DNA of 56,829 nt from a virus (lineage: Duplodnaviria; Caudoviricetes): positions 1 through 56,829 of the IMG/VR virus record IMGVR_UViG_3300032163_000017. The stretch is one strand, 5' to 3'. The position numbers were made by a program, and so were the translations under genes. The notes below the pieces were generated by a model. It had not been told where the DNA came from. It made no database searches and saw nothing but the letters and a program-made list of their open reading frames with translations. Positions 43,212 to 52,849 of the stretch are shown piece after piece. Every line of letters begins with the position of its first letter. Positions within the stretch are counted from its first letter, which is position 1.

Positions 43212-44850
43212 TCACCACCTCACGTAGGATGTCATCAAATCTCCCCAATGTTTTCCCCCATCCTGGAACTTCATCCGCATAAACTAACTCTGGAGGAGGT
43301 GTATGACGTTGCTTTCCGTTAAACCCAAAACGAGAGGTTGAAAAGTTATCAGGATGCCGAATGTCAAGATTGGGAAAGTCTGACTTAAAGGTTCTCATGT
43401 GAAAATGCTGTACCCCTTCCCACCTCTTTCCAATTGCGTGCCCCATTCCCTTTGAGTATCCAACCTTTTCAAGAAAAACTAAAAAGTCGGTGAGCCATTT
43501 AACCAACACCTTCCGATAGGCAACAATGCAACCATTACTCCATGAATGGTAGAATAAGGCTTTACCAGTTTCAGCATTGATAGACCAACGATTCATGTTG
43601 TAGTAAATCTCATTGTCTCTTGGAGGAGTAAAAGAGAAATGGGTAGGATGATAGAGGAGGTCATGCTCGATGAGAAAGACAATATCTGCTGTACTTGCTT
43701 GTAATCCAGTCAGAATTTGCTTATACATACTCACTGAGGAGCGAGACAACTCCATCACGATGTTCTTACCAAAGGTGAGAGGTTGCTGTGAGACTGAGAT
43801 GATGGGAAAGTTATACTCTCTCATACACTTTTTAAGTTGTTTCTGACAGCTCATGAGGATATCTTCCTTGCAATGACTGTCTGTATAGTAAACCAATCCC
43901 TTCGTTACAGGTTGAGGTTCCCAATCAGGTACTGGGGCAAACTTCTCGATCAACCATGAGAGAGGATGCTTTGCTAAAGGCCACCTATCCTTCAACCAAA
44001 GCTGTTTTGAATAGGCTCTTGCCTTACCCGTACCAGAATTAGGGTAGGGAAATCCAAAATCTTTCCCCTGCGTGCGGAACATATGAGCAAACCACGTTTT
44101 CTTATTGACAGCCAACCTTCCACCTGATAGCCATGCCTTACAAGCTATCTCTGTCCCCATCTGGCCCCACGAACCATGGTTCTCATCCATCCCACCTAAG
44201 TCCCAATACCTCTGCCTATGCATAAACCAACAAGCCCCAATGAGGGACATCGTGTCAGCAATCTCACCCTTTGATGACTCCCGCTTTCCCAGAGCACCCC
44301 AGTAGTTAAACTTCAACTCCTTATCAAACCGCATGAAATCTGACACCCTATTCAATCGAGGTTGCCATACAATCACTCTCTCAAACTCAGTGGTATTATC
44401 ACATTTAGGGCATGAGGTTGGGGTAAACCCTTGGTACCTTTTATCTCCACACTTCTTACATCTCCAATCAAAAGCATAGAGGTTGTACATTCGTGGGATG
44501 ATTGTCCAGTCATACTCACAGTCAGCCATCAGTTTGACATCAAACCCCTTATCAAATGAGCAGTGAGCGTCACATTTCATAACGAACTCAGCCTTTGAGA
44601 GTCTCGCTGCCTCATTGGTTGCTGCTCGCTGACCGATTGGTTGAGAGTGATAGATGAGGTGGACTCTTGGATGATCCTGTATCGGAGGATCAGGCCAATT
44701 TCCATCACAGACAGCAATTATCTCAGTATCACCCTCAATATTCTCAAGGATGTTCTCAATCGTCTTGGTTAGGAACATCTCATTCCGAGCTGGAATTAAG
44801 ATTGATAAGGTCTGCACGTTCGCTCCTACCATCCTTTGAGGCTCTGACAT
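43204..44850 (-). CDS. Two-domain glycosyltransferase: ppGalNAc-T-like GT-A with Zn-ribbon insert plus EHD-type GT domain
   Basis: SILIPARNE, KCDAHC, GACWFM.R..YWDLGGMD...WG...EIA.KAWLSGG...AHMFR; second domain GLVYYTD/EHDLLYHP. Confidence 0.88.
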   Translation of the reverse strand: MSEPQRMVGANVQTLSILIPARNEMFLTKTIENILENIEGDTEIIAVCDGNWPDPPIQDHPRVHLIYHSQPIGQRAATNEAARLSKAEFVMKCDAHCSFDKGFDVKLMADCEYDWTIIPRMYNLYAFDWRCKKCGDKRYQGFTPTSCPKCDNTTEFERVIVWQPRLNRVSDFMRFDKELKFNYWGALGKRESSKGEIADTMSLIGACWFMHRQRYWDLGGMDENHGSWGQMGTEIACKAWLSGGRLAVNKKTWFAHMFRTQGKDFGFPYPNSGTGKARAYSKQLWLKDRWPLAKHPLSWLIEKFAPVPDWEPQPVTKGLVYYTDSHCKEDILMSCQKQLKKCMREYNFPIISVSQQPLTFGKNIVMELSRSSVSMYKQILTGLQASTADIVFLIEHDLLYHPTHFSFTPPRDNEIYYNMNRWSINAETGKALFYHSWSNGCIVAYRKVLVKWLTDFLVFLEKVGYSKGMGHAIGKRWEGVQHFHMRTFKSDFPNLDIRHPDNFSTSRFGFNGKQRHTPPPELVYADEVPGWGKTLGRFDDILREVVSG

Positions 44851-45950
44851 TAGTTTACTCCTTGAATCACCTTACAAATCCGATCAACATCACAATCTCG
44901 AAGGAAGAGATGCAGGGGTAGGGTTAGGGCTTGGTGAGAGAATTCCTCCATTCCCTTACATCCATTCTCCCTCTCAAATCCTCGATACATTGGATAGAGA
45001 TAGTTTGGTTTATAATGACAACCAAATTGAACGTCGTTCTCCTTTAAAGCCTGCATCACCCTTTCCCTCTCTTTACACCTCACCACCATGAGATGGTTGG
45101 AACTTTGAGAGTCAGGAGATTGAGTAAGAAGTTGAACCATTTCACACCCAGCCAACCCTTTCCTGTATAAATCTACCAACTCCTTCCGCCTCTTATTATC
45201 TAAATCCACCCTCCCCAACTGTCCCCTTCCAATCGCTGCAGTGATGTCATTCATGTGAGACTTATAACCTAATTCAGGGACATCATACTCCCAACTATAT
45301 CCACCCTCTTTGACTCGATCTGCTGTGGATTTATCAATCCCTAACCACCTTAGTTGCTTAGCCTTATCAGCGATCCATTTCTCAGAGGTAACCAACATTC
45401 CTCCATCCCCTGTGGGGAGGTTCTTCACAGCATTGAATGAGAAGCAGGCTAAGCGAGAATCACTACCTACCTTCCTCCCCTTGTAGGTTGCCCCACAGGC
45501 ATGAGCACAATCCTCAATCACATCCACTCCAAACTTATACAATCTGTCTATATCCAATGGTTGCCCACCATAGTGGACTGCCATTATAAGGCCAGGATTG
45601 ATCTCATGCAAAAGACATTCAACTGAGTCTAAATCCATCTGACCTGTGGTAGGATTGATATCGGCAAAGAGTATCTCATATCCTTGATGGAGTAGGACGT
45701 GATTAGTACTGATGAAGGTGTTTGGAGTAGTGATGGCTACACTCTTTACACCATTCAAGCAAGCAACAGCAGTCTCTAAGGCTCCTGTGCATGAGCTAAA
45801 TGCCACAGCGTATTTCGCCCCAGTGTAGGAGGCAAATTCCTTCTCAAACTCTTCCACCTCTGGGCCTAAGCCAATCCATCCTGAGTCCAATACACGGAGG
45901 ACGTTATCTCTTGCTTCTTTACAGATGTAGGGTCTGAAAAGGGGGATCAT
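44850..45950 (-). CDS. DegT/DnrJ/EryC1/StrS PLP-dependent sugar aminotransferase
   Basis: G.GPEV..FE, VHYGG, IEDCAHA.G, FSFNAVKNLPTGDGG. Confidence 0.95.
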   Translation of the reverse strand: MIPLFRPYICKEARDNVLRVLDSGWIGLGPEVEEFEKEFASYTGAKYAVAFSSCTGALETAVACLNGVKSVAITTPNTFISTNHVLLHQGYEILFADINPTTGQMDLDSVECLLHEINPGLIMAVHYGGQPLDIDRLYKFGVDVIEDCAHACGATYKGRKVGSDSRLACFSFNAVKNLPTGDGGMLVTSEKWIADKAKQLRWLGIDKSTADRVKEGGYSWEYDVPELGYKSHMNDITAAIGRGQLGRVDLDNKRRKELVDLYRKGLAGCEMVQLLTQSPDSQSSNHLMVVRCKERERVMQALKENDVQFGCHYKPNYLYPMYRGFERENGCKGMEEFSHQALTLPLHLFLRDCDVDRICKVIQGVN

Positions 45951-46405
45951 GCTTTCTCTCCAATTCCAACAGTAAGTCTGCGATCCATCTTAATCTCTAA
46001 CTCTTTAATCCCTGCATACTCAAACAGGTCTCGCATCCCATCTGTGAGATAGCGATAGGTGTCAAGTGGATATTTATGTTCCTTCCAAGTATGAGGAGCA
46101 ATGATACAGATATACTTGGTGAAATAGGAGGTGAGATGTTTAAGCCACTCCCAGGGACGTTTAACGTGTTCCATCACCTGACCACTGATCACCACATCAA
46201 ATGCGAGATCAATATTCCCAAATCCAACGATATCAACATTGGGGCCAGGGATGATATCCATTCCAACGTATTTAAAGGTTGGCTCAAACAGTCTCCGATA
46301 GTTACGAACACCTCTTGAACCCACATCAAGGATCGTTGCCCCCTTCATCTGAGAGAGATATCGATCTCTGAAATCTGCCATCAATAGCATGCTTGTTCTA
46401 TCCAT
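45947..46405 (-). CDS. Class I SAM-dependent methyltransferase
   Basis: ILDVGS, YVGMDI.PGPNVD, FDVVISGQVMEHV, H.YP.D.YR. Confidence 0.88.
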   Translation of the reverse strand: MDRTSMLLMADFRDRYLSQMKGATILDVGSRGVRNYRRLFEPTFKYVGMDIIPGPNVDIVGFGNIDLAFDVVISGQVMEHVKRPWEWLKHLTSYFTKYICIIAPHTWKEHKYPLDTYRYLTDGMRDLFEYAGIKELEIKMDRRLTVGIGEKA

Positions 46406-46971
46406 TATTTCCTCACCCAAAACCAACTCGGATGAACATCATTCGTGATGTACCATGGAGTGATGTTATGAGCATGGGTGTAAGCATTTACTGCTTCCAT
46501 GACACCAATCTTTGAGATGTGAAAGTAGTCATGCCCAGAGACAATCCCCCCAACTCTAACCTTCCTCACCCATGTAATGAGGTCAGTCATTATATCATCA
46601 AAGAGGTGAGAGGCATCGATATAAACGAAATCAAGGGAGGCATCAGCGATCTCCTTTGCAGCCTCCACACTTATCATTCGCTTCACCTCAATGTTACATC
46701 CCTCCAACCGTTTCATTGCAGTAAGATAGCGAGATTGCTTGAGTTCACCAAACCAAGGGTCAACACAGATGAGTTTGAGGTTGGGATTGGCATCCAATAA
46801 GACCCTGGCGTTCTCTCCCTTATATACACCAATCTCTGCTCCAATCTTATACTCTAAATCGAAGAATAACTTTGCAAGATCACCACGAGAGAAGCTATTC
46901 AGCTTACTGCTGTATGGAAGAATCCCACCATGCATCCTAAACTTATGCCAGATGTATTTATCTACATCCAC
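46405..46971 (-). CDS. Methyltransf_24-like SAM-dependent methyltransferase
   Basis: GAEIGVYKG, VDPW, LDFVYIDASH, GGIVSGHDY; GTG start after AGAGGA. Confidence 0.88.
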   Translation of the reverse strand: MDVDKYIWHKFRMHGGILPYSSKLNSFSRGDLAKLFFDLEYKIGAEIGVYKGENARVLLDANPNLKLICVDPWFGELKQSRYLTAMKRLEGCNIEVKRMISVEAAKEIADASLDFVYIDASHLFDDIMTDLITWVRKVRVGGIVSGHDYFHISKIGVMEAVNAYTHAHNITPWYITNDVHPSWFWVRK

Positions 46972-46975
46972 AGTT

Positions 46976-47767
46976 TCATCCTCTTGGAACTGGTGCAAAT
47001 TTATCAAACAACCATAAGAATTTTCTTGTCTGTAAGGGCCATAGATTCTGCTTCCAGAGATGTAAGGCATACTCAATGGATTTGGCCCTCTCTGCTGTCC
47101 TCCCAGGATAGTCAACGGAGGGTTTAGACCAATGAGCGTACCAAGTGTTTCTGTTCAACACATAGCGTCCTCCAGAGAGCCAAGCCTTCAAACAAACCTC
47201 CTGTGCCTCTCTTCCCATCGTGCCATAGTTAACATCATCCAACCCTCCCAGATCAAAGAACCTCTTCCGATGCATGAACCAACATGAGCCTTGAGAGGTC
47301 ATCAAGTCTACCATCATCTGACCGTTGACCCTCTCTGCGTACTCAGGCCACTCCTTCCCTCTTAGAGAGGATCGCCTGATGTATTGAAACTCATGAATCT
47401 CGTCTGTCCTCTTCCCATTTACAACATCTAATCCATATCGAACAGGGACAACTGTCCAATCTGGTTCACAATCGGCTTTCAACTTCTCATCAAATCCTTC
47501 ATCAAAGATACAATGAGCGTCACACTTGAGGAGATACTCCCCTTTAGAGATGCTCGCTGCAGAGTTGATTGCAGGTCGCATCCCCTGAGACACTCCCCGA
47601 TGGATGAGGATTAGATTGGGATGATCTCTTACTATTGGAACAGGCCACCACCCATCCAGTACTACAATCACCTCAATCTCCCCTTTTGCCTTACTAAAGA
47701 TGTCATCAACCGTTTGTTGGAGATAAGGTTCATTTCGAGCTGGAATGATTACTGAGACTTTTCCCAT
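46976..47767 (-). CDS. ppGalNAc-T-like GT-A glycosyltransferase
   Basis: VSVIIPARNE, KCDAHC, GSCWFMHR..F.DLGGLD...G.E..E...KAWLSGG...AH. Confidence 0.88.
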   Translation of the reverse strand: MGKVSVIIPARNEPYLQQTVDDIFSKAKGEIEVIVVLDGWWPVPIVRDHPNLILIHRGVSQGMRPAINSAASISKGEYLLKCDAHCIFDEGFDEKLKADCEPDWTVVPVRYGLDVVNGKRTDEIHEFQYIRRSSLRGKEWPEYAERVNGQMMVDLMTSQGSCWFMHRKRFFDLGGLDDVNYGTMGREAQEVCLKAWLSGGRYVLNRNTWYAHWSKPSVDYPGRTAERAKSIEYALHLWKQNLWPLQTRKFLWLFDKFAPVPRG

Positions 47768-47777
47768 ATTTCTATCC

Positions 47778-48479
47778 TCAACTTGGAGATGGACTTGGAG
47801 AGATAGAGGGTGAGACAGATGGACTCACACTTGCTGAAACACTCTCCGATGGACTCCATGATGGGCTAACAGATGGACTAATACTCGCTGAGGGAGACCA
47901 TGAGGGTGAAACACTGGCCGAGATTGATGGGCTGAGACTCAGAGATATAGATGGGCTTATACTCGGAGAGATTGATGCACTGATTGAAGGTGACACACTG
48001 GCTGAGACACTCTCAGATGGTGACCATGAAGGCGAGACTGATGGACTGATCGAAGGTGAAATACTGGGTGAGATAGATAGACTTACTGAGGGTGATACAC
48101 TTGGAGAAAGCGAAGCACTCGGAGATACACTGGGAGATATTGATGGTGAAATCGATGCACTAATTGAGGGGCTAATTGAAAGTGATATGGATGGACTCAA
48201 TGATAGAGAGATAGACGCTGATGGTGATAAAGAAATTGATGGTGAAACAGATGCTGAGATTGAAGGTGAGATCGAAGCACTTGGCCCTACTCCTGCTGCT
48301 ATCATAATCCATGTAGCGACTCCAGCAGTTATATCCACAAGAGCATAAAGATTATCTCCAACAGTATCCAACCATAAGGTTGGTACGTTGTAGGTGTTAT
48401 CAGTCACCACTGGCCATCTTGGCATCGTTACATAAGGTACAAAGCTACTACCCCAACCTCCTGCAGTTCCCCAAGGCAT
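47778..48479 (-). CDS. Second Ser/Pro-rich repeat virion protein
   Basis: 66-aa N-terminal domain (P...D..Y.V.TLW.D......Y.L.D...G.A.W, as seen in phage fibres) plus a 167-aa SPS[IVLA] tract to the C-terminus. Confidence 0.85.
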   Translation of the reverse strand: MPWGTAGGWGSSFVPYVTMPRWPVVTDNTYNVPTLWLDTVGDNLYALVDITAGVATWIMIAAGVGPSASISPSISASVSPSISLSPSASISLSLSPSISLSISPSISASISPSISPSVSPSASLSPSVSPSVSLSISPSISPSISPSVSPSWSPSESVSASVSPSISASISPSISPSISLSLSPSISASVSPSWSPSASISPSVSPSWSPSESVSASVSPSVSPSISPSPSPS

Positions 48480-48491
48480 CTTACTACCTCC

Positions 48492-48866
48492 TTATTGAGT
48501 ACAAAGTTGCATTGTGATTAAAGTATCAACTGGGTTTCCAGCATTTCCAGTAATCTTGAATCTTATATATGGTAAATAGGGTGGGGTGAATTGATATATC
48601 TGAACCGTCTCTACAGCTAAAGCAGCAACGATATCAGGAAATCCATTTGGAGTTGCAAAGTTTGCAGGTGTATCATCATAGGACATCTCATAAAAGACTC
48701 GCAGGGTTGGTACGCCTGCCACAGATGTAGCTTTCAACCATGCACTGAAATACCCAGAGTTATGTTCAATCTTAAAGATTCCACTTGTAATGGTAGCAAT
48801 CCCATTAACAAGTTCACTTTCCCAAACTTTGGTGTTCCCTAAGATACCAATAATGGAAGATGGCAT
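48492..48866 (-). CDS. Virion structural protein (beta-rich)
   Basis: Head gene cluster; SYD...F...PYIRF pattern. Confidence 0.6.
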   Translation of the reverse strand: MPSSIIGILGNTKVWESELVNGIATITSGIFKIEHNSGYFSAWLKATSVAGVPTLRVFYEMSYDDTPANFATPNGFPDIVAALAVETVQIYQFTPPYLPYIRFKITGNAGNPVDTLITMQLCTQ

Positions 48867-48881
48867 TTTATTCTCCTTTTG

Positions 48882-48920
48882 AAAAAGAGGCAGAAGGGAG
48901 AGCTTTAACCCTCCCCTCTG
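48882..48920 (-). terminator. Rho-independent terminator after the capsid/decoration genes
   Basis: 12-bp stem CAGAGGGGAGGG/CTCTCCCTTCTG then CTCTTTTT. Confidence 0.65.
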
Positions 48921-48940
48921 TCAGTTTGTTGGATGGATGG

Positions 48941-49246
48941 TTACGATCCCATCACAAGCACATCAAGGTTGAAAACGGTGCCAGCATCTGTATCTACAGC
49001 ACTGGTTTTATGACATACGATTGCACCAGTAGTCTCATTCCAAACAAGACCGACAGGTGCATTTACTACTACCGTTCTGACAACTATCCCCATTACACAA
49101 TCAAGGATAGAGAGTCCAGCAATTGCTGCAGTAAGCCGAACTCCCTCTACTTGATAAGAGGAGATAACAAAGTGGACTCTATGCACTCTCTTATCACCCA
49201 TGACAGTGATTGGGGTTATTGTATAAGTACAAGTTGCAAAAGCCAT
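48941..49246 (-). CDS. Virion structural/decoration protein
   Basis: RBS GGAGGT; beta-rich, downstream of the capsid gene. Confidence 0.65.
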   Translation of the reverse strand: MAFATCTYTITPITVMGDKRVHRVHFVISSYQVEGVRLTAAIAGLSILDCVMGIVVRTVVVNAPVGLVWNETTGAIVCHKTSAVDTDAGTVFNLDVLVMGS

Positions 49247-49260
49247 TTTTGTTTACCTCC

Positions 49261-50046
49261 TTACTGTGAGATTCGCAGGAAGCAACCAACTGCTTCACTT
49301 GCTGCGACCTGCAATCCATTGAGTAGCCAACCAATCTCTGGGATGCCATGAGCTGCTGCAATGATAACTCCACCAGCGGTTGTCCCCTGAGTCAGCCTTG
49401 GTGTACCGATGAGAATCCCTGCTGCTGCATTTGTAATCGCACAAGGCCCCCAGGTCTGAGCCCAGAAGTAATATTGGATTGTTGCAGTGGTTGCAGGAAC
49501 TGCAATCGGTGCCACCCCTACTGGGATGCCAGTTGGGACTGCAGGGCACTGGATGACTCCCTGCCAAGGGTTCGCCACCACGGTGATGTTAGAGGCTGCA
49601 GCTATAGCCACCACGAGTGGATCATAGATATAAGCATATCCTCCAGTGACCAAAGCACAAAGGGTGTTACTCTTGATCTTGTAACACATCCCAAGGCCAG
49701 CTCCTTCATTGACCCAGAGATAACCATTGGAGTAATAATTCTTGGCAATCACTGCTGTCGTTGGAAGGAGAAAAATCTTTGTTTCACCAATGGCGTGAAC
49801 ATAAGTAGCAACCATATTCCAATGATCGGCAACAGTAACAGCATTCTGAAGAAGGTTTGCTGCAACTAAAGCAACTCCTCCATTCAATGCCCAATGGTAG
49901 ACTCTTCCATCACTCATCCTACATTTGTCACCAAGTTGGTGTTTGGAGATTCCCGACCCAACGGTGACTGTATCATACTCATAAATTGACTTGAGAGGGA
50001 TAACTTCATCCCTTGCTGCTGTTCTTACAACATATCCTTGAGCCAT
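49261..50046 (-). CDS. Capsid cement/decoration protein
   Basis: LG.....DGRVY.W..NG..AL; Y.WAQT.GP; immediately after the major capsid gene. Confidence 0.7.
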   Translation of the reverse strand: MAQGYVVRTAARDEVIPLKSIYEYDTVTVGSGISKHQLGDKCRMSDGRVYHWALNGGVALVAANLLQNAVTVADHWNMVATYVHAIGETKIFLLPTTAVIAKNYYSNGYLWVNEGAGLGMCYKIKSNTLCALVTGGYAYIYDPLVVAIAAASNITVVANPWQGVIQCPAVPTGIPVGVAPIAVPATTATIQYYFWAQTWGPCAITNAAAGILIGTPRLTQGTTAGGVIIAAAHGIPEIGWLLNGLQVAASEAVGCFLRISQ

Positions 50047-50196
50047 CTTACTACCTCCTTTGGTTTTTGTCTGCCTCTAACTCCTCATTGTCTTGAGAAG
50101 CGGAGGAAAAAGGTTATCCTCCCATACTTATATCCCTCCTGGGAGGTTGGAGGGGTTGAGGTTGGAAAGGAGAAGAGCCCTCAACATTCTCTCATC

Positions 50197-51138
50197 TTAA
50201 GTTAATCCTGACATTTGTCCCTGAACTCTTGGCTGAACATTTAAGAGATTCCCCATTGTGAGGAGCTGCCTAACGTAAGCATCAGCATCCACAGGGGTTT
50301 TCTCTGGTGTCCAGTAGAAATTACGTTTTCGGTTGAGCGCCAACTTCCAGTAATCGGTGTTCATAAAGAAGATATAACCAGCTGGACAGTGGTTATCGAC
50401 GATGATCTCACAGTGACCATTGAAGTTAATCCCTGTAAAACCAACCTGAGCAAGCTGACTCTTGCTATCAAGAAATCGCTGTTGAGGCTGAATTCTTGCC
50501 CAAATCTTATCATAGATCGTTTGGGTGGTGAAAGCAAGGTCAGGTTTCTTTTGAGCAATCGTACAGCTACCGATCATCGAATTGATGGCGTCAATGGTGA
50601 CTGCCCCACCCGTTGAGTCAAGCTGTGACCTCCACCAGGTGTTTAAAGTGGAACGATCAATCCCACCATAGGTAGTGTAGAGCGTTCCATTGTCGATCCC
50701 ATTCAGTAATCCATCGAAATCTTTTGATGCATTCCCTGTACCGTCTGAGAAGAACATGGTTGCAAAATCATCATGAGCGGTAAGAGTTGCGGTCTCCATC
50801 TTACTCGCAAGCAAACCGATGATCTTCCTATCCCCTTCTGTCTTTGCTAAATCATCACCAGGGATCGTGACGTTGACGTAGTGGTTTTTCCAATCCCACT
50901 CAGCGTAGGTTTGGGTCTGTTTATAGCTGATGTCAAATGGGTCAAGCCCTTTATAACTTCCACTTGCCAACTTCCCATAGATGATGGGCTGAGCAATCTT
51001 CAATCCACTATCAAAGACAATCTGACCCTTTGCAAGCAGCTTTGTCAAGATAGCATTACCAATAAAGATTTGCTCAAGAGCTTTTGGTAGAAACTGCTTG
51101 AGAACAGCAGCATCCAGATCATCATAACTTAATGTCAT
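50197..51138 (-). CDS. Major capsid protein
   Basis: G.KI..PI.YG, A.WDWK, DGTGN..K..DGL, YGGIDRS...WW, PDL..TT, LA.VGF..I.F; position after the scaffold gene. Confidence 0.88.
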   Translation of the reverse strand: MTLSYDDLDAAVLKQFLPKALEQIFIGNAILTKLLAKGQIVFDSGLKIAQPIIYGKLASGSYKGLDPFDISYKQTQTYAEWDWKNHYVNVTIPGDDLAKTEGDRKIIGLLASKMETATLTAHDDFATMFFSDGTGNASKDFDGLLNGIDNGTLYTTYGGIDRSTLNTWWRSQLDSTGGAVTIDAINSMIGSCTIAQKKPDLAFTTQTIYDKIWARIQPQQRFLDSKSQLAQVGFTGINFNGHCEIIVDNHCPAGYIFFMNTDYWKLALNRKRNFYWTPEKTPVDADAYVRQLLTMGNLLNVQPRVQGQMSGLT

Positions 51139-51234
51139 ATCAGTAATCCTCCTTTTTTCAAATTTTTTGTGCTTTCAATCTACCCTGTCATCAAAGGAGG
51201 AAGTTTTTGCTAACCTTTTCTTGAGAGTCTCCTC

Positions 51235-52065
51235 TCAAGGTTTTGCTTCTTCCTTAGCTCGATCAGCCAGAAAGCGTGAACCAGCATCTTCAAAGCTTTT
51301 TGGCATCTCTTTTGGGAGCTCGAAATTAATTGGAACAGCTCCCGATCCTGATTCAATGTTTGTATTCCGCTTTGCGAGTTCCTCTTCCATTCGAGGCTTG
51401 AGACGAGTCTCAACCTCTTTATTAAAGATTTCCTCCCCATAAGCTTCTTTATCCTCGTAAGCTTTATTGAGATCGGTGTACCCTCTTTTTAATGCAACAT
51501 CCAGTACCTTATCAGCATCCAATTCAGGATTTTTGCGATAGAGGTCGTTAAGTTGCATTGAGAGTTTTAACATCCGATTCATATGGGTCATCTTTGTTTC
51601 AAACTGGGTCATCATCTGTTGAGCCCCACGATTGATTTCCTCAATCAGTTTGTTGTAGCGAGGATCATCACCTTGCTGTCCACTCTTCATTTTCCCCTTT
51701 CCCTTTCCACCTTCATCACCACTTCCACGAGAGCTGATGAACTCTGTAAGCAGGTCTTTGTTTTGTGTAGACCAATCTTCCCATTCTTGCAATCCTCCAT
51801 CAAGCTCACTAACTTGATTTGAGAGGGTGGCAAGCTGAGTCTGTAATGCTTTGGTTGACTCATTGAAAGATTGGAACTTCTTCTGCACCCCTGCAAGCAT
51901 AGCTTTGTGGATTTTTTGGAGTTCAGGGTTAGCGTTGATGATTGCCAAATCCTCTTTGGATGCAAACTCTACATCCTCATCCAACCATCGCATCGAAGCT
52001 GGTGCTTCTCCTTTCAAAGTGAAAGGATTCCATTTGAAATTGATTGATCTCATTTTTGTTCTCAT
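51235..52065 (-). CDS. Capsid scaffolding protein
   Basis: Helical/coiled-coil, directly upstream of the capsid gene; RBS AAGGAG. Confidence 0.65.
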   Translation of the reverse strand: MRTKMRSINFKWNPFTLKGEAPASMRWLDEDVEFASKEDLAIINANPELQKIHKAMLAGVQKKFQSFNESTKALQTQLATLSNQVSELDGGLQEWEDWSTQNKDLLTEFISSRGSGDEGGKGKGKMKSGQQGDDPRYNKLIEEINRGAQQMMTQFETKMTHMNRMLKLSMQLNDLYRKNPELDADKVLDVALKRGYTDLNKAYEDKEAYGEEIFNKEVETRLKPRMEEELAKRNTNIESGSGAVPINFELPKEMPKSFEDAGSRFLADRAKEEAKP

Positions 52066-52138
52066 CTCTGTCTCCTTTTTTCTTCTGCTCTTCTCTGTAA
52101 AAAGAGAAGAGTTTATAGAAGAGGGAGAGGTTAAATTA

Positions 52139-52552
52139 TCAATAAGCGAATTGATCTTCCTCTGCCTCACGTTTCACCTTTGGAGGTTTCATCCTTCTTC
52201 TTCCACCGCCTCCACCTCCACCCATCATTCCTTCCATTTCTCCCCCTCCTCCAGGTTGGCCACCCGCTCCAGCCATCCTTTGTACCCCTTGCTGGAGAAT
52301 TTGAACCACCTGACCAACCATCTCTTGAAGGGCAGGATTCATCTGTGCTGCTTGGATGAGTTGCTGAGCACCACTCATGAGAAGACTGGCAGATTGTTCC
52401 TCTCCACCACCCTGTCCTCCCATCTGTTGCTCTGGCCCCATACCAGCAAGCTTGGAGAGCTTTCCAACAATGGCTGGGTCTTCATCCATCATCTCTGGCC
52501 CCATCCTTCCCTTACCTGTCTTTGGAGGGAGTCTATTTTCATCTCTTGGCAT
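52139..52552 (-). CDS. Gly/Met/Gln-rich low-complexity late protein
   Basis: RBS GGAGGT. Confidence 0.75.
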   Translation of the reverse strand: MPRDENRLPPKTGKGRMGPEMMDEDPAIVGKLSKLAGMGPEQQMGGQGGGEEQSASLLMSGAQQLIQAAQMNPALQEMVGQVVQILQQGVQRMAGAGGQPGGGGEMEGMMGGGGGGGRRRMKPPKVKREAEEDQFAY

Positions 52553-52591
52553 CGCTGTTTACCTCCTTCTTTTCTCTTCCTTGTTAGGGTA

Positions 52592-52669
52592 TTACTGAAT
52601 CAGACCACCCTTCTTACCACCCTTCTTAATCCCTCCACCAAGCTTTCTACCTCCACCTTTTTTAGGCAT
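52592..52669 (-). CDS. Tiny Lys/Gly-rich peptide (25 aa)
   Basis: AAGGAGGTGA then MPKKGGGRKLGGGIKKGGKKGGLIQ. Confidence 0.6.
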   Translation of the reverse strand: MPKKGGGRKLGGGIKKGGKKGGLIQ

Positions 52670-52841
52670 CTGCTTTCACCTCCTTTCTTTCTTGATCTAT
52701 ATCTATTCCAAAAAAAGCAGCCAACAACATTCGGCAAATTGCATGATCCTGCTTTTTAGACATTCTTCCACACTTACAAGCCAAGTAGCCATCATCATTC
52801 AATCTAAAAAGTTGACCACAAATTTCGCAAGAAAATTGCAT
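52662..52841 (-). CDS. Small Zn-ribbon protein (59 aa)
   Basis: MQFSCEICG...LACKCG. Confidence 0.55.
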   Translation of the reverse strand: MQFSCEICGQLFRLNDDGYLACKCGRMSKKQDHAICRMLLAAFFGIDIDQERKEVKADA

Positions 52842-52849
52842 CTTCCCTC

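Noticed and set aside
46972-47115. Long N-terminal extension or frameshift fusion of the methyltransferase with the upstream GT
   Set aside because: A GTG start with RBS at 46971 explains the gene, and the GT ends at the same FAPVP motif as its paralog
51851-52759. 302-aa plus-strand ORF and other long antisense ORFs (e.g. 48860-49351, 49348-49869, 55533-56120)
   Set aside because: They overlap well-supported minus-strand genes and show no recognisable motifs
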